From a virus (lineage: Duplodnaviria > Caudoviricetes): a stretch of DNA of 64,000 nt. A model generated the notes under the pieces. The model was not told the DNA's origin, did no database searches, and saw nothing but the letters and a program-made list of their open reading frames with translations. Shown piece after piece: positions 1-8,347 of the stretch. The stretch spans positions 32,001 through 96,000 of the IMG/VR virus record IMGVR_UViG_3300032138_000002; one strand, 5' to 3'. Position numbers and translations under genes: made by a program. The stretch's first letter is position 1; each line of letters begins with the position of its first letter.

Positions 1-606
1 ATCGATATCCTGCTCAACCCCCTTAAAGCTTTTATACCACCCATAGGGGATATTAAACTTACCGTTCGAACTAAACCGCAACATCCCAGAAAATGAAAGT
101 TGTCGCATCAAGTAAAACTTTATTGCGCGCATGAAATCACTAGTAAAGTTAGTGTTCCTGTAATAATAGTAATAGCGATCAGCCAGCTTGTACCACTCCG
201 CATTCATTTCTCGCTTGGTTTCTTTAAGCTCGACCTTCTTACGTTTCAGATCGTCTGCACTTGTCGCGCTATTTGCCGCTAGTTGTTCAACTTCGGCCTT
301 CAGAGCCGTCACTTTCGCTTCAAGCTCGGGGTCTTTTTCGATTTCTTTAACGGCTGCACCATACTCCTTACTAAGACGGTTAATCTCTGAGACCAAATCC
401 TCAGGGCTTTCTTCTAAAACCCTATAGAAGTTAATCAACTCTTCATAATTGTCATTGATAACTGCCTTTTCCGGTTGAAGACATAGCCACACGGCTCCGC
501 CGCCAATGAACGGCTCATAGAAAGTATCGTAACTTTCAGGGAGATGGTCTTCTACAACTTTAAGCTCTTTTCTCTTCCCTCCGGAAAATTTAAAGAATGG
601 TTTCAT
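1..606 (-). CDS. Dam-family (D12 class) DNA adenine methyltransferase, runs off the left edge
   Basis: Not in the ORF track. Manual translation from ATG at 606 gives MKPFFKFSGGKRKEL...YEPFIGGGAVW...INDNY...FSGMLRFSSNGKFNIPYG (motifs X, I, II and the Dam TRD), open to position 1, with a coiled-coil-like insertion. Confidence 0.9.
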   Translation of the reverse strand, partial: MKPFFKFSGGKRKELKVVEDHLPESYDTFYEPFIGGGAVWLCLQPEKAVINDNYEELINFYRVLEESPEDLVSEINRLSKEYGAAVKEIEKDPELEAKVTALKAEVEQLAANSATSADDLKRKKVELKETKREMNAEWYKLADRYYYYYRNTNFTSDFMRAIKFYLMRQLSFSGMLRFSSNGKFNIPYGWYKSFKGVEQDID

Positions 607-1255
607 TTTCTTCCTCATATTTTTCAATTATTCGCTTAGCCAGAGTCAAGTAAGCATGCTCGTTAATTGGGCGCTGGTCTTCCCGGCTTTTGTTGAGTGC
701 GTCGAAATCCACCTCCACCAGATCAGCGAACTCCCTCCCCGTCATCAGGTGGCGAGAAGCCCTCTTATCTTTAAAGCTGGCATTCTCCAAATCCTCAGTA
801 TTCCACAGTACGATGAGGCCTTTCACCTTTTTGTTCGTCTGTTGCTGGAGGAAGGCTGTGATCATTTCTAGTTTGTCTATCTCTCCAGTGGACTTCTTAG
901 TATCGAAGTTGTTGCCATCTTTTAATTCGACGACGCAGACGGAATCTCGTGTTACAACTATAAAATCTGGGTTCACAGACTTCTCTAATCCGGGAACATC
1001 CTTTTCCTTCAGCGTCGTTTTATAATATAAACAGGGGGCTTCTTCAAAATCAATATCTGCATATGCTCGCTTTAAGAGGCCCGGGAGACCGGATCCAAGA
1101 AAGACCAGTTCCTCAAGCTCGTTCCCGTTACGGATCACTGTGGACTGTGTTTGTTGACATACTCTCGCAAGGGGGAGATTGCCATAAGTTCGGTAATAGC
1201 CGCTGCTCTCAATCTCTTCATCAGTTTTTGGTTTAGCATCTTCTAAAAGTGCCAT
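590..1255 (-). CDS. PD-(D/E)xK nuclease, putative type II restriction endonuclease
   Basis: NPDFIV...VELKDG catalytic motif; its 3' end overlaps the MTase start. Confidence 0.65.
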   Translation of the reverse strand: MALLEDAKPKTDEEIESSGYYRTYGNLPLARVCQQTQSTVIRNGNELEELVFLGSGLPGLLKRAYADIDFEEAPCLYYKTTLKEKDVPGLEKSVNPDFIVVTRDSVCVVELKDGNNFDTKKSTGEIDKLEMITAFLQQQTNKKVKGLIVLWNTEDLENASFKDKRASRHLMTGREFADLVEVDFDALNKSREDQRPINEHAYLTLAKRIIEKYEEENETIL

Positions 1256-1277
1256 TTTGCTCTCCTATGCATAACTT

Positions 1278-1306
1278 AAAAGGGGAGTGGTTTTACCCAC
1301 CCCCCT
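1278..1306 (-). terminator. GC hairpin plus U-tract, intrinsic terminator candidate
   Basis: Minus strand GGGGGGTGG-GTAAAA-CCACTCCCC-TTTT, downstream of the 5'-3' exonuclease gene. Confidence 0.55.
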
Positions 1307-1335
1307 ATAGTACCAGAATGAAATTAATTTGTCAA
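1307..1335 (-). promoter_or_regulatory. sigma70-type promoter for the REase-MTase pair
   Basis: TTGACA, 17 nt spacer, extended -10 TGgTACTAT. Confidence 0.8.
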
Positions 1336-1341
1336 GGACTT

Positions 1342-2316
1342 TTAACAATTTTGATATACAAGGTGCTGACTGATCTGCCACAAAGACGACCAGTCAAAGA
1401 CTCCGAAGCCGTCGTCGTTCATCATTTTGATCACCTCCGTCTTACTATAGGAACAATCAAAATTGAAAAGGGCTTCGCGAATATTACTCTTGGCGCTGAT
1501 TGGTAAGTTGGGTGCATATAATTGCATAATTTTATAGTTGTCTCTTACAACATCGATGTTCTCTAAAATGCTCGTGTACAATTTTAGGCGTGAATCCGAG
1601 TTGTCGTTGCAAACTTCTATAAGATCATCGATTGTAATAGACGCACTCTCACCAAAAAAATTCATTTTTTTAGCTAAAGTCTTGAGGCCGACACCGGGCA
1701 CGCCAGGAAGATTATCACTCTTATCTCCAGCTATGGCCCGGGCCAATGCAAAATTGGTAGGGTGGATCCTGTGGCGTTCGATTATAACGTTCTTGTTAAG
1801 AACCTCTTTTTGTACGGGGCGAAAAAGAACCGTGGTATTGTCACACAACTGATAAAAGTCTTTGTCACTGGATACAATGATCTTCTGATACTCTCGCAAG
1901 TTAGGTTCTTGTACAATGTGGGCGATTACGTCGTCGGCTTCAATGCCGGGAATCATAATCTGGATGATGGGGAGGTTGTTAATATATTCCACGGCGCGGG
2001 TTTGTTGCCAGATTTTATTCTCCAGTTCTTGGTTCTCGTCTAAAAGGCCCTGAATGCCCCTATTTAAGCGAATAGGGCTCCGACCCTCCTTGTAGTCCTT
2101 ATTGACGATTCTTTTGCGCTTAGAGCCTCCTGGGCCGTCCCACACCACCACCACTTGATCGGGCTTAGTCTCGCGCATTAACTTCTGGAGGATTTTAAGA
2201 AATCCTTTAGTGCCGCCAATTGGCTGGCCGTTCGAAGATAATGAGGGGTCTACAATATATGCCCTGAAGTACATGTTCAGGGCATCAATTACTAGGTATC
2301 TCTTTTGTTTCTTCAA
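1342..2316 (-). CDS. 5'-3' exonuclease / flap endonuclease (T4 RNase H or PolI N-terminal-like)
   Basis: IDALN, VVWDG, YKEGR, EADDVI, SSDKD and GDKSDNLPGVPGVG (H3TH) motifs. Confidence 0.93.
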   Translation of the reverse strand: MKKQKRYLVIDALNMYFRAYIVDPSLSSNGQPIGGTKGFLKILQKLMRETKPDQVVVVWDGPGGSKRKRIVNKDYKEGRSPIRLNRGIQGLLDENQELENKIWQQTRAVEYINNLPIIQIMIPGIEADDVIAHIVQEPNLREYQKIIVSSDKDFYQLCDNTTVLFRPVQKEVLNKNVIIERHRIHPTNFALARAIAGDKSDNLPGVPGVGLKTLAKKMNFFGESASITIDDLIEVCNDNSDSRLKLYTSILENIDVVRDNYKIMQLYAPNLPISAKSNIREALFNFDCSYSKTEVIKMMNDDGFGVFDWSSLWQISQHLVYQNC

Positions 2317-2542
2317 TGAATTGCTTTATTTTGGGTAATATGGCCTTTATAAAGGCCTTGTAGGTTAGAGGGGTGTCGTTCTCATCGTAAGTCTTTAATT
2401 CAATATTCCAGGAATAGTAAAACTGTTTTCCATCAATCAATAAAGACTGTTGTCGCCCATGGGCATCGATGTGAGTATAACATAGTTGAAAGGCCACGCC
2501 GGGGAAACGGGAAAGAAGTTTCTTTTGGAAAGCTTCTTCCAT
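2285..2542 (-). CDS. hypothetical protein
   Basis: 85 aa ORF coupled to its neighbours in the operon. Confidence 0.6.
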   Translation of the reverse strand: MEEAFQKKLLSRFPGVAFQLCYTHIDAHGRQQSLLIDGKQFYYSWNIELKTYDENDTPLTYKAFIKAILPKIKQFIEETKEIPSN

Positions 2543-2991
2543 TATTGTTTTTCTCTGGTACCAGCCACATAATCAGTTAGAGGAAATAAAACGCACCAGT
2601 TAGCATCCTGATTGCGACCCATATGATGATCCCAATGCCATCGCATATGCTTCTTACCCCAAGCGGGGTTCAGGTGTGAATACTTGTGCAGATAATAATA
2701 CATCATACCATAAATAGCCATCGATGTCAAGATAATTGGTTGAGACCACAGAATAGGCACGTGAATCAGGAATAGCGTGGCGATGCCCACCGCCTCAAAA
2801 TTGTAGAAGCCCTGCAAATATGTTAAATCAAATCCGTTAGTTTTGCGCGCATTCGCGTGGTGGTCGTGCCAGTGAAAACTCCAGATACTATTTTTATTTT
2901 TTCCTAGGCCATGGAGCAAATATTTATGAATGAGCCATTCGTACATGTTAGTAAGAAGAATTCCCACCACTATTTTTAGAAGCACCATCAT
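2542..2991 (-). CDS. fatty acid hydroxylase / sterol desaturase family protein
   Basis: His boxes EWLIHKYLLH, HWHDHH, YLHKYSH, HWDHH plus hydrophobic segments. Confidence 0.82.
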   Translation of the reverse strand: MMVLLKIVVGILLTNMYEWLIHKYLLHGLGKNKNSIWSFHWHDHHANARKTNGFDLTYLQGFYNFEAVGIATLFLIHVPILWSQPIILTSMAIYGMMYYYLHKYSHLNPAWGKKHMRWHWDHHMGRNQDANWCVLFPLTDYVAGTREKQ

Positions 2992-3500
2992 TTTAAGAAT
3001 ATAGACCAGTCAGGGTGCCGGGTATTGGAAGGAAAAAGGCCATAATATATATCATATCGTGGTGCTCTCGGCACTGTTATTAAAGACATCGATGTGTCGG
3101 AAAGTAGATGATTATTTTTTTTATTATTGCAAGTGTAGCATGCACAGACACAATTTTCAAACGTGCTTTCCCCCCCGCGAGAAACTGGTATAATATGGTC
3201 GATGGTAAGTTGGGTGCGATCTGAACGCTTGCCACAATACTGACATCTAAAATTATCTCTTTTTTTAATAATCTTCTTAGAAAATTTTACTTTGCCGCGA
3301 TAATACTTAACATGCGTTTTTAACCGCAGCGTGGAAGGTAGCGCAATTGCCCGGGTACAAGACCTAATGTTAATCCCCTCCCACTGAGAGACTACATCTA
3401 CTTTTTCTCGGTGCATTAGCTTAAGGCCTCTCTGCCATGTTACAAATCGTAAAGGGCGATAATCAGAATTGAGAAGAAGTATTTTTTGATCGACCGCCAT
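2988..3500 (-). CDS. HNH endonuclease (McrA-like)
   Basis: RDNFRCQYCG...TIDHIIPVSRGG...NCVCACYTCNNKK. Confidence 0.92.
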   Translation of the reverse strand: MAVDQKILLLNSDYRPLRFVTWQRGLKLMHREKVDVVSQWEGINIRSCTRAIALPSTLRLKTHVKYYRGKVKFSKKIIKKRDNFRCQYCGKRSDRTQLTIDHIIPVSRGGESTFENCVCACYTCNNKKNNHLLSDTSMSLITVPRAPRYDIYYGLFPSNTRHPDWSIFLK

Positions 3501-3525
3501 CTACTATAACTATGCACTCGCTGCA

Positions 3526-3894
3526 TTATCGGTGGCGGCGGTGGCGTCTAGGGCGGCGCTGGTGGCGCCGTTGTTGGCGGTTGGGGCGCTGGTGGGGTCG
3601 GTAATGTGGGCGCTGGTAGTTATATCGATAACTGTGGCCACGGTAAGAGCGCCTATAGGTGCTGTAAGGGGTGTAGTCATAGTGGCACGACTGATCGTGA
3701 TACTCTACTGTAGAAGAATCGTACGTGTGGCGGCGTGCGCGGTCACATCGTTCTACGCGGTATTCCCACGCATCATAGCGATAATCGTACTCCCACACCT
3801 TGCAATAATCGACACAAATTAGTTGAGCATTAGCTTGTGACGTTGCAAAAGTAAAGAGGAGAAAGGCTGTGAGGAAGTGAAAGACACACCTCAT
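3526..3894 (-). CDS. secreted protein with Arg/His/Gln-rich C-terminal tail
   Basis: Signal peptide ending ANA-Q, four Cys in the mature part, C-terminal RPHYRPHQRPNRQQRRHQRR... Confidence 0.6.
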   Translation of the reverse strand: MRCVFHFLTAFLLFTFATSQANAQLICVDYCKVWEYDYRYDAWEYRVERCDRARRHTYDSSTVEYHDQSCHYDYTPYSTYRRSYRGHSYRYNYQRPHYRPHQRPNRQQRRHQRRPRRHRRHR

Positions 3895-5009
3895 TTGCTT
3901 TCCTCAGACTCAATGTCATAAAAGTCGGCGGCGGTACCTTCGCGCTTATCAAACTTCAGAATAACCTCTTCGTCCATGATGTTTAACACACGTTTCCGGA
4001 AGGCTTCTTCTTGGATTTTTTCTTTCCACCTCGAAGGCTGGAATTTTATCTCCGTTCCGTCTCCCATCGCCATTGTATACCAAGATCCCGCACTTTTTAG
4101 ATGTTTGGACCCACGAATGGCCTCAAACCAGCTTTCTTCGTCCTGGATGCCAATATCGTCACCCCATAGAATTTTAAAAGTACATTGGCGGCCCTGAGTT
4201 CCAAAACGGCTCTTCTTAAGAGTGGCCTTAACTTCTGAACCTACCCTAAACCCGCGGTCGTCCGTGATAAACGATGCTTTCGCTTTTCTACCTGTTAGCC
4301 AGATCCGAAGGGAATAAGCATAAATCATTGCTTTGCCTCCGGGTGTCATATATGGTTCGACCATCGCTTCCGATGGGCTTCGGGTAATATTTGTCTTTAA
4401 TTGATTTAAGACCAGGAATGTGGATTTGCTATTTGCGATCGGAACAGTAAGTTTACTCATACCTTTCGCCAGAATACGGGCTTTCACGGCCATCGAAGAG
4501 AGGGGATTAAAGTCTCCTTCAACATCGCTAATGGCGGGTGTGAGAGCCAGACTGTCCCAAATAAAAAGCATCTGAGTGTCATTGCTGCCCAGTAAATCCT
4601 CAATGGTCTCCAGAACGAACTCAACGCTCTGCGCTTGCACATATAACATTCGGGCGACGTCGCAGCCTGCACGTTCTAAGAAAGTGGGGTCGATCGCCGA
4701 TTCCGAATCAAAATAAATTACATCAATGCCCATTTTTTGAGCATTAGCGGCAACTTGAGCGGCCATATAACTTTTTCCGGAAGCTTCGAGGCCGGCGATT
4801 TCCACCACTTTACCTACCGGAATGCCCGAGAGCCTGCCACGAGAAACAATTGAATCTAGCCATCTTGACCCCGTGGGAATCCACTCTGTTACGGCCGTCG
4901 GGTTTTCTTCAGTTAAATCATGGGCAAGTAAGACACCTGCTTTTTTATTAATCATTGTGCGCATATCATCGATTGATAGACGCCCTGCTTTATCTTTCTT
5001 CTTTGCCAT
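3891..5009 (-). CDS. recA: RecA/UvsX recombinase
   Basis: IPTGS, Walker A GLEASGKS, DSESA, WDSL, NQL and TPGGKA motifs. Confidence 0.93.
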   Translation of the reverse strand: MAKKKDKAGRLSIDDMRTMINKKAGVLLAHDLTEENPTAVTEWIPTGSRWLDSIVSRGRLSGIPVGKVVEIAGLEASGKSYMAAQVAANAQKMGIDVIYFDSESAIDPTFLERAGCDVARMLYVQAQSVEFVLETIEDLLGSNDTQMLFIWDSLALTPAISDVEGDFNPLSSMAVKARILAKGMSKLTVPIANSKSTFLVLNQLKTNITRSPSEAMVEPYMTPGGKAMIYAYSLRIWLTGRKAKASFITDDRGFRVGSEVKATLKKSRFGTQGRQCTFKILWGDDIGIQDEESWFEAIRGSKHLKSAGSWYTMAMGDGTEIKFQPSRWKEKIQEEAFRKRVLNIMDEEVILKFDKREGTAADFYDIESEESK

Positions 5010-5080
5010 AATTTTTCCTCAGATGTGTATAAGTTGAGGCATCTGTAAACCCATGCCTCCCTGCGGTTTGAGGGCGGGAA

Positions 5081-5845
5081 TTAACTTCCCGCAAGATCCT
5101 GGAAGGCAGCCTCGACATCGGAAACTTCAGTCCCCGCGTTGGTGGTCGTCCCGTACTTCTGGGTTTCGTTCGAGCGGCTTTCGGCACTTTGATTACCGGA
5201 AAGGAACTCGTCCAAAATTACTTCCACCTCGGCGGGTGTCTTACGCTCGAACAAGGAATTAAACTCTGGAATGTTTTCCAAAAGTTCCTTGCATCGATCT
5301 GGACCATCATCGCACAAGACAGAGGTTTGGCGACGCGGAGTGATGGTAGTCTGAGGGAACTGTGCCCCTGCTGGCTTACCATACTTAATCACTAGATCAG
5401 TACCCGTCTCGGTATCGGTGATATCACCATATTCCGGGTTGAGTACCAGATTCAGCAACTCCTCATAGGCCATTCTACCGTATCCCCAGATACGGATGCC
5501 TAGATGCTCCTCTCCACGCACTAGAACCGGGGAAAAGAAGCGCTGGCGAGGTAACAGGCTTTTAGCGAGCTTAACGCTATCATCTGTACCTTCGTCAAAT
5601 AGCTCTCGAACAAAAGCGCTCAGAGCATCTTCTTCACCAAAGTTCTTCTTTGGGCTAAGAAAGGGAGGCGTATTGCCTACGTTATAGTGAAACCAGAAGT
5701 CGCGGAATGGGTCGCCGTCGGCATTAGTCACAATGCGTACGACGCTTTCGCCATCCTTCGGTTTCCAGAAGACCTGGGAGTTATTTCCTCCCCTGCTCTG
5801 AAGGGTTGTCAAGCGATGCTTGATCTTTTCCATATTAATAGCCAT
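5081..5845 (-). CDS. gp32-like single-stranded DNA-binding protein
   Basis: FWKP...VRIV...PF...FHY, IWGYG, YGDITD..TGTDL, acidic C-terminal tail; adjacent to recA. Confidence 0.8.
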   Translation of the reverse strand: MAINMEKIKHRLTTLQSRGGNNSQVFWKPKDGESVVRIVTNADGDPFRDFWFHYNVGNTPPFLSPKKNFGEEDALSAFVRELFDEGTDDSVKLAKSLLPRQRFFSPVLVRGEEHLGIRIWGYGRMAYEELLNLVLNPEYGDITDTETGTDLVIKYGKPAGAQFPQTTITPRRQTSVLCDDGPDRCKELLENIPEFNSLFERKTPAEVEVILDEFLSGNQSAESRSNETQKYGTTTNAGTEVSDVEAAFQDLAGS

Positions 5846-5917
5846 ATAATTCTCCTTACAAGTTAAGCTATAGTCAGAGTGACAAATCTTTCACTCTGCT
5901 GATTTAAAGTTACTCCT

Positions 5918-5946
5918 ACTATACCAAATTAAATCAGTTTTGTCAA
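5918..5946 (-). promoter_or_regulatory. sigma70-type promoter for the ssb-recA operon
   Basis: TTGACA, 17 nt spacer, TGgTATAGT. Confidence 0.8.
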
Positions 5947-5954
5947 GTAAAAAA

Positions 5955-6818
5955 TTAATCTGATACCAGATTATTTATTTTTTGTCGCTGAATTGTAGGG
6001 GTACTATAAACGACATAGATATAGTCGTCTTCGTAATTCGTGGAAAATACACCATAACTTGTCTTTAGTTCCTCTGTGCCTGTGTCTTTTACTTGAGACT
6101 TCAAGCGCGCAAATAATTTGCCGTCGCTCTCGAGTCTTTTTTTATTAATAGCATAATAATAACGTAAATCGCGGGGTTTGTAGAGAGAAAAGAAGGTTTT
6201 GGTTTCTTTTGCCTTTTCATCAAAGAAACCAAAAGTGGAGATACGGTGTGTTTCGTAGGGATCTCCAAAGGTGTCGGTAACGGGGTCGATGTGGTTGTAA
6301 ACATTTAACATGTGAAAAGTAGAGACAATCATTTCATTAAGCCGCTGAAAATACCCGATGACGGGTACCTCACCTATAATGTCTTCCACGGACGTGTTAT
6401 CCACAAGCCATAAACGTTCGAGCGTAGCCGAACGAGCGTACTCCTGCAAAATATTAAAAACCAGCCACTCTTGCATTCGACGGCGCTCGGGAAGTAATTT
6501 TACATCTGGACGGATGTACATAACACTCACGCGGCAGTGCCTTAAATGTTGTAACGTTTGAAGAAGACATCCTGAGATATCTCCGGATCCGCCGACCACA
6601 AACAGTACTTCTCCGGTACAGTTCTTGAAGAAGCTCTTCAAGCTTGGACACTTCTTTTCATAGCGCTCGGGATTGCACTGCCATGGCATGTCGTATATGC
6701 CGTTCTTTTTCAAGCCAGTTAAGCCAACATCAATTTTATAAATGTTGTATTGTTTGTATTTTGCAAAACCATCCGCAATATTACAACCCGCTGCTCCTAG
6801 CCCGACAACAATATCCAT
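5955..6818 (-). CDS. divergent tubulin/FtsZ-superfamily protein
   Basis: N-terminal VGLGAAGCNIAD (T1 loop), degenerate T4 loop VGGSGDISG, RP motif, LVDN, later RLNE. Confidence 0.72.
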   Translation of the reverse strand: MDIVVGLGAAGCNIADGFAKYKQYNIYKIDVGLTGLKKNGIYDMPWQCNPERYEKKCPSLKSFFKNCTGEVLFVVGGSGDISGCLLQTLQHLRHCRVSVMYIRPDVKLLPERRRMQEWLVFNILQEYARSATLERLWLVDNTSVEDIIGEVPVIGYFQRLNEMIVSTFHMLNVYNHIDPVTDTFGDPYETHRISTFGFFDEKAKETKTFFSLYKPRDLRYYYAINKKRLESDGKLFARLKSQVKDTGTEELKTSYGVFSTNYEDDYIYVVYSTPTIQRQKINNLVSD

Positions 6819-6819
6819 C

Positions 6820-7158
6820 TTATTTCCTCGGGCGTGTGTTTACACATTCCAAAATTATGCGATTGTTGAAGGCACCGCGGGCTTCTCTTTTAGCCAGCAT
6901 CACCTTTTCTAATTCGTCTATATCGATTTTCATGGCGTCAAGCAGTGCACCGAAGACCTCCGCAATATCGGCCATCTCTTCAATAGAGGGATCTTCTAAG
7001 AATTCTTGGGCTTCCTCTACCAACTTCTCTTGGAGCTTTTGCTGGTATTGTTTCTTGGTTGCCACACGGGTGTAAAACTCTTTGCCCGCTTCCGACATAA
7101 TCTGTGGGATTTTATCGCGGACCAACTTATCATATACTATAATACTTCTTGACTTCAT
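6820..7158 (-). CDS. all-alpha NTP pyrophosphohydrolase (MazG/PRA-PH-like)
   Basis: YDKLVRDKIP...KLVEEAQEF...EEMADIAEV...KREARGAF. Confidence 0.88.
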   Translation of the reverse strand: MKSRSIIVYDKLVRDKIPQIMSEAGKEFYTRVATKKQYQQKLQEKLVEEAQEFLEDPSIEEMADIAEVFGALLDAMKIDIDELEKVMLAKREARGAFNNRIILECVNTRPRK

Positions 7159-8339
7159 AGGCTTAACTCTTGCATCTCTCCATAATTTTTACCGGCTGAC
7201 AAGTTTACTTTAAACTTGCCTAAATCGGTATCTCCGAAGGTTTCTTTAATGAGGGGTACTAAATGTTTGTCGTCACTATGCAAATCAATAACCAAACTGT
7301 CGTGCACGCAAAAAGCAATATGTGATTGTTTTGTCTTCAGCAGTTCGTTGACTGCCACCATTCGACGCAAAAACAAATCACTAGTTGTGCTTTGAATTAT
7401 ATAGTTAACGGCGTGGTGATCGTCGGATTCAATTTCTCTTCCAAATTCCGTGCGCACCATCTCGCCGTCCCAATATTGTTTTTTAATTTTATCTCGATCA
7501 TAAAATTTTGTCGCCGGGCTTTCTGCCGCAGGATTGTATAACCAAGCAAAAATATTCTTTTTGGCCTCATCGCGGCTCATATCCGTTTTAAAGACATGTT
7601 TGATGTTCCACTCATGAATGTCCTCTTTCGGCTGTTCATTGCCAGCTAGGGCTAAAAGCGTGCGAATTTCGGCCGAATTAAAGTCTAACTCTAAAAACCA
7701 CTCATTGGTCGGCCTTACGATACCTCGATATTCTTTAGGCATCGTCAATGCCGGAAAACTCCCTCTCTTGGTAGTGAGGCGCCCAGTCTTGGTTCCAAAC
7801 AGATTATAACTAATGTAGGGGTCAGCTTTTTTGATTTTCTCGTGCCAGTTACGTGTCTTATATTGGTGCAGCTTGCTCCGGAGTGCTGAAAATTCCAAAT
7901 TTAAAGGGCGTACCTGAATTTCTGACAAGATCTTCTGCACTTCTAAAAGAAGATCATAATTTGGAGGCTTTTCGTAGTTCTCAAATACGTGCTCGGTTAT
8001 CTTATTTTTGATCTCGCAGAAATCACGCAAGAAGCTCTCGGGGACCAAATCATAAAAGCAGTTCTCGTTTAAATCAACGCGAGCTTCATGAATCGCTCTG
8101 TAAAACGCCAGCATTCTCCCATAAACATCGTCCCAGGTATCCTTGATGCTATCGGGGCATACATCTCCTAGGCTTTTACCACCACAATAGAGCGCCGCAT
8201 ATTCTATGGATCGATCCTCCAAGAAATTCGCATAATTCCACGTCCTCATGAGGTTCTCTGGGAACATATGATAATATAATTGTCCGCTGGCATATATGCC
8301 GACGCACTCGTTCTTTATGTCAAGTGTCTGGAAATACAA
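7155..8339 (-). CDS. compact family A DNA polymerase
   Basis: TKTGRLT, motif A LDFNSAEIR, motif B RDEAKKNIFAWLY, NYIIQS, motif C HDSL; TTG start is uncertain. Confidence 0.85.
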   Translation of the reverse strand: MYFQTLDIKNECVGIYASGQLYYHMFPENLMRTWNYANFLEDRSIEYAALYCGGKSLGDVCPDSIKDTWDDVYGRMLAFYRAIHEARVDLNENCFYDLVPESFLRDFCEIKNKITEHVFENYEKPPNYDLLLEVQKILSEIQVRPLNLEFSALRSKLHQYKTRNWHEKIKKADPYISYNLFGTKTGRLTTKRGSFPALTMPKEYRGIVRPTNEWFLELDFNSAEIRTLLALAGNEQPKEDIHEWNIKHVFKTDMSRDEAKKNIFAWLYNPAAESPATKFYDRDKIKKQYWDGEMVRTEFGREIESDDHHAVNYIIQSTTSDLFLRRMVAVNELLKTKQSHIAFCVHDSLVIDLHSDDKHLVPLIKETFGDTDLGKFKVNLSAGKNYGEMQELSL

Positions 8340-8347
8340 ATAGGGTT

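Noticed and set aside
2711-2717. Intragenic CTATTTA copies (also 50550 and 55564)
   Set aside because: They lie inside coding sequence, far from starts, and a few chance hits are expected for an AT-rich 7-mer; not counted as promoters.
2988-3500. HNH as a mobile homing endonuclease or terminase partner
   Set aside because: It has an ordinary stand-alone McrA-like architecture, interrupts no gene and is far from the terminase.
5870-5908. Pseudoknot in the ssb leader (TAAATC pairing with loop GATTTG)
   Set aside because: It would leave a zero-nucleotide loop 3, which is sterically implausible; only the hairpin is kept.
5955-6818. Nucleus-forming (phiKZ-like) lifestyle inferred from the tubulin
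   Set aside because: The virion genes are T4-type and no chimallin or multisubunit RNAP is visible in the window.
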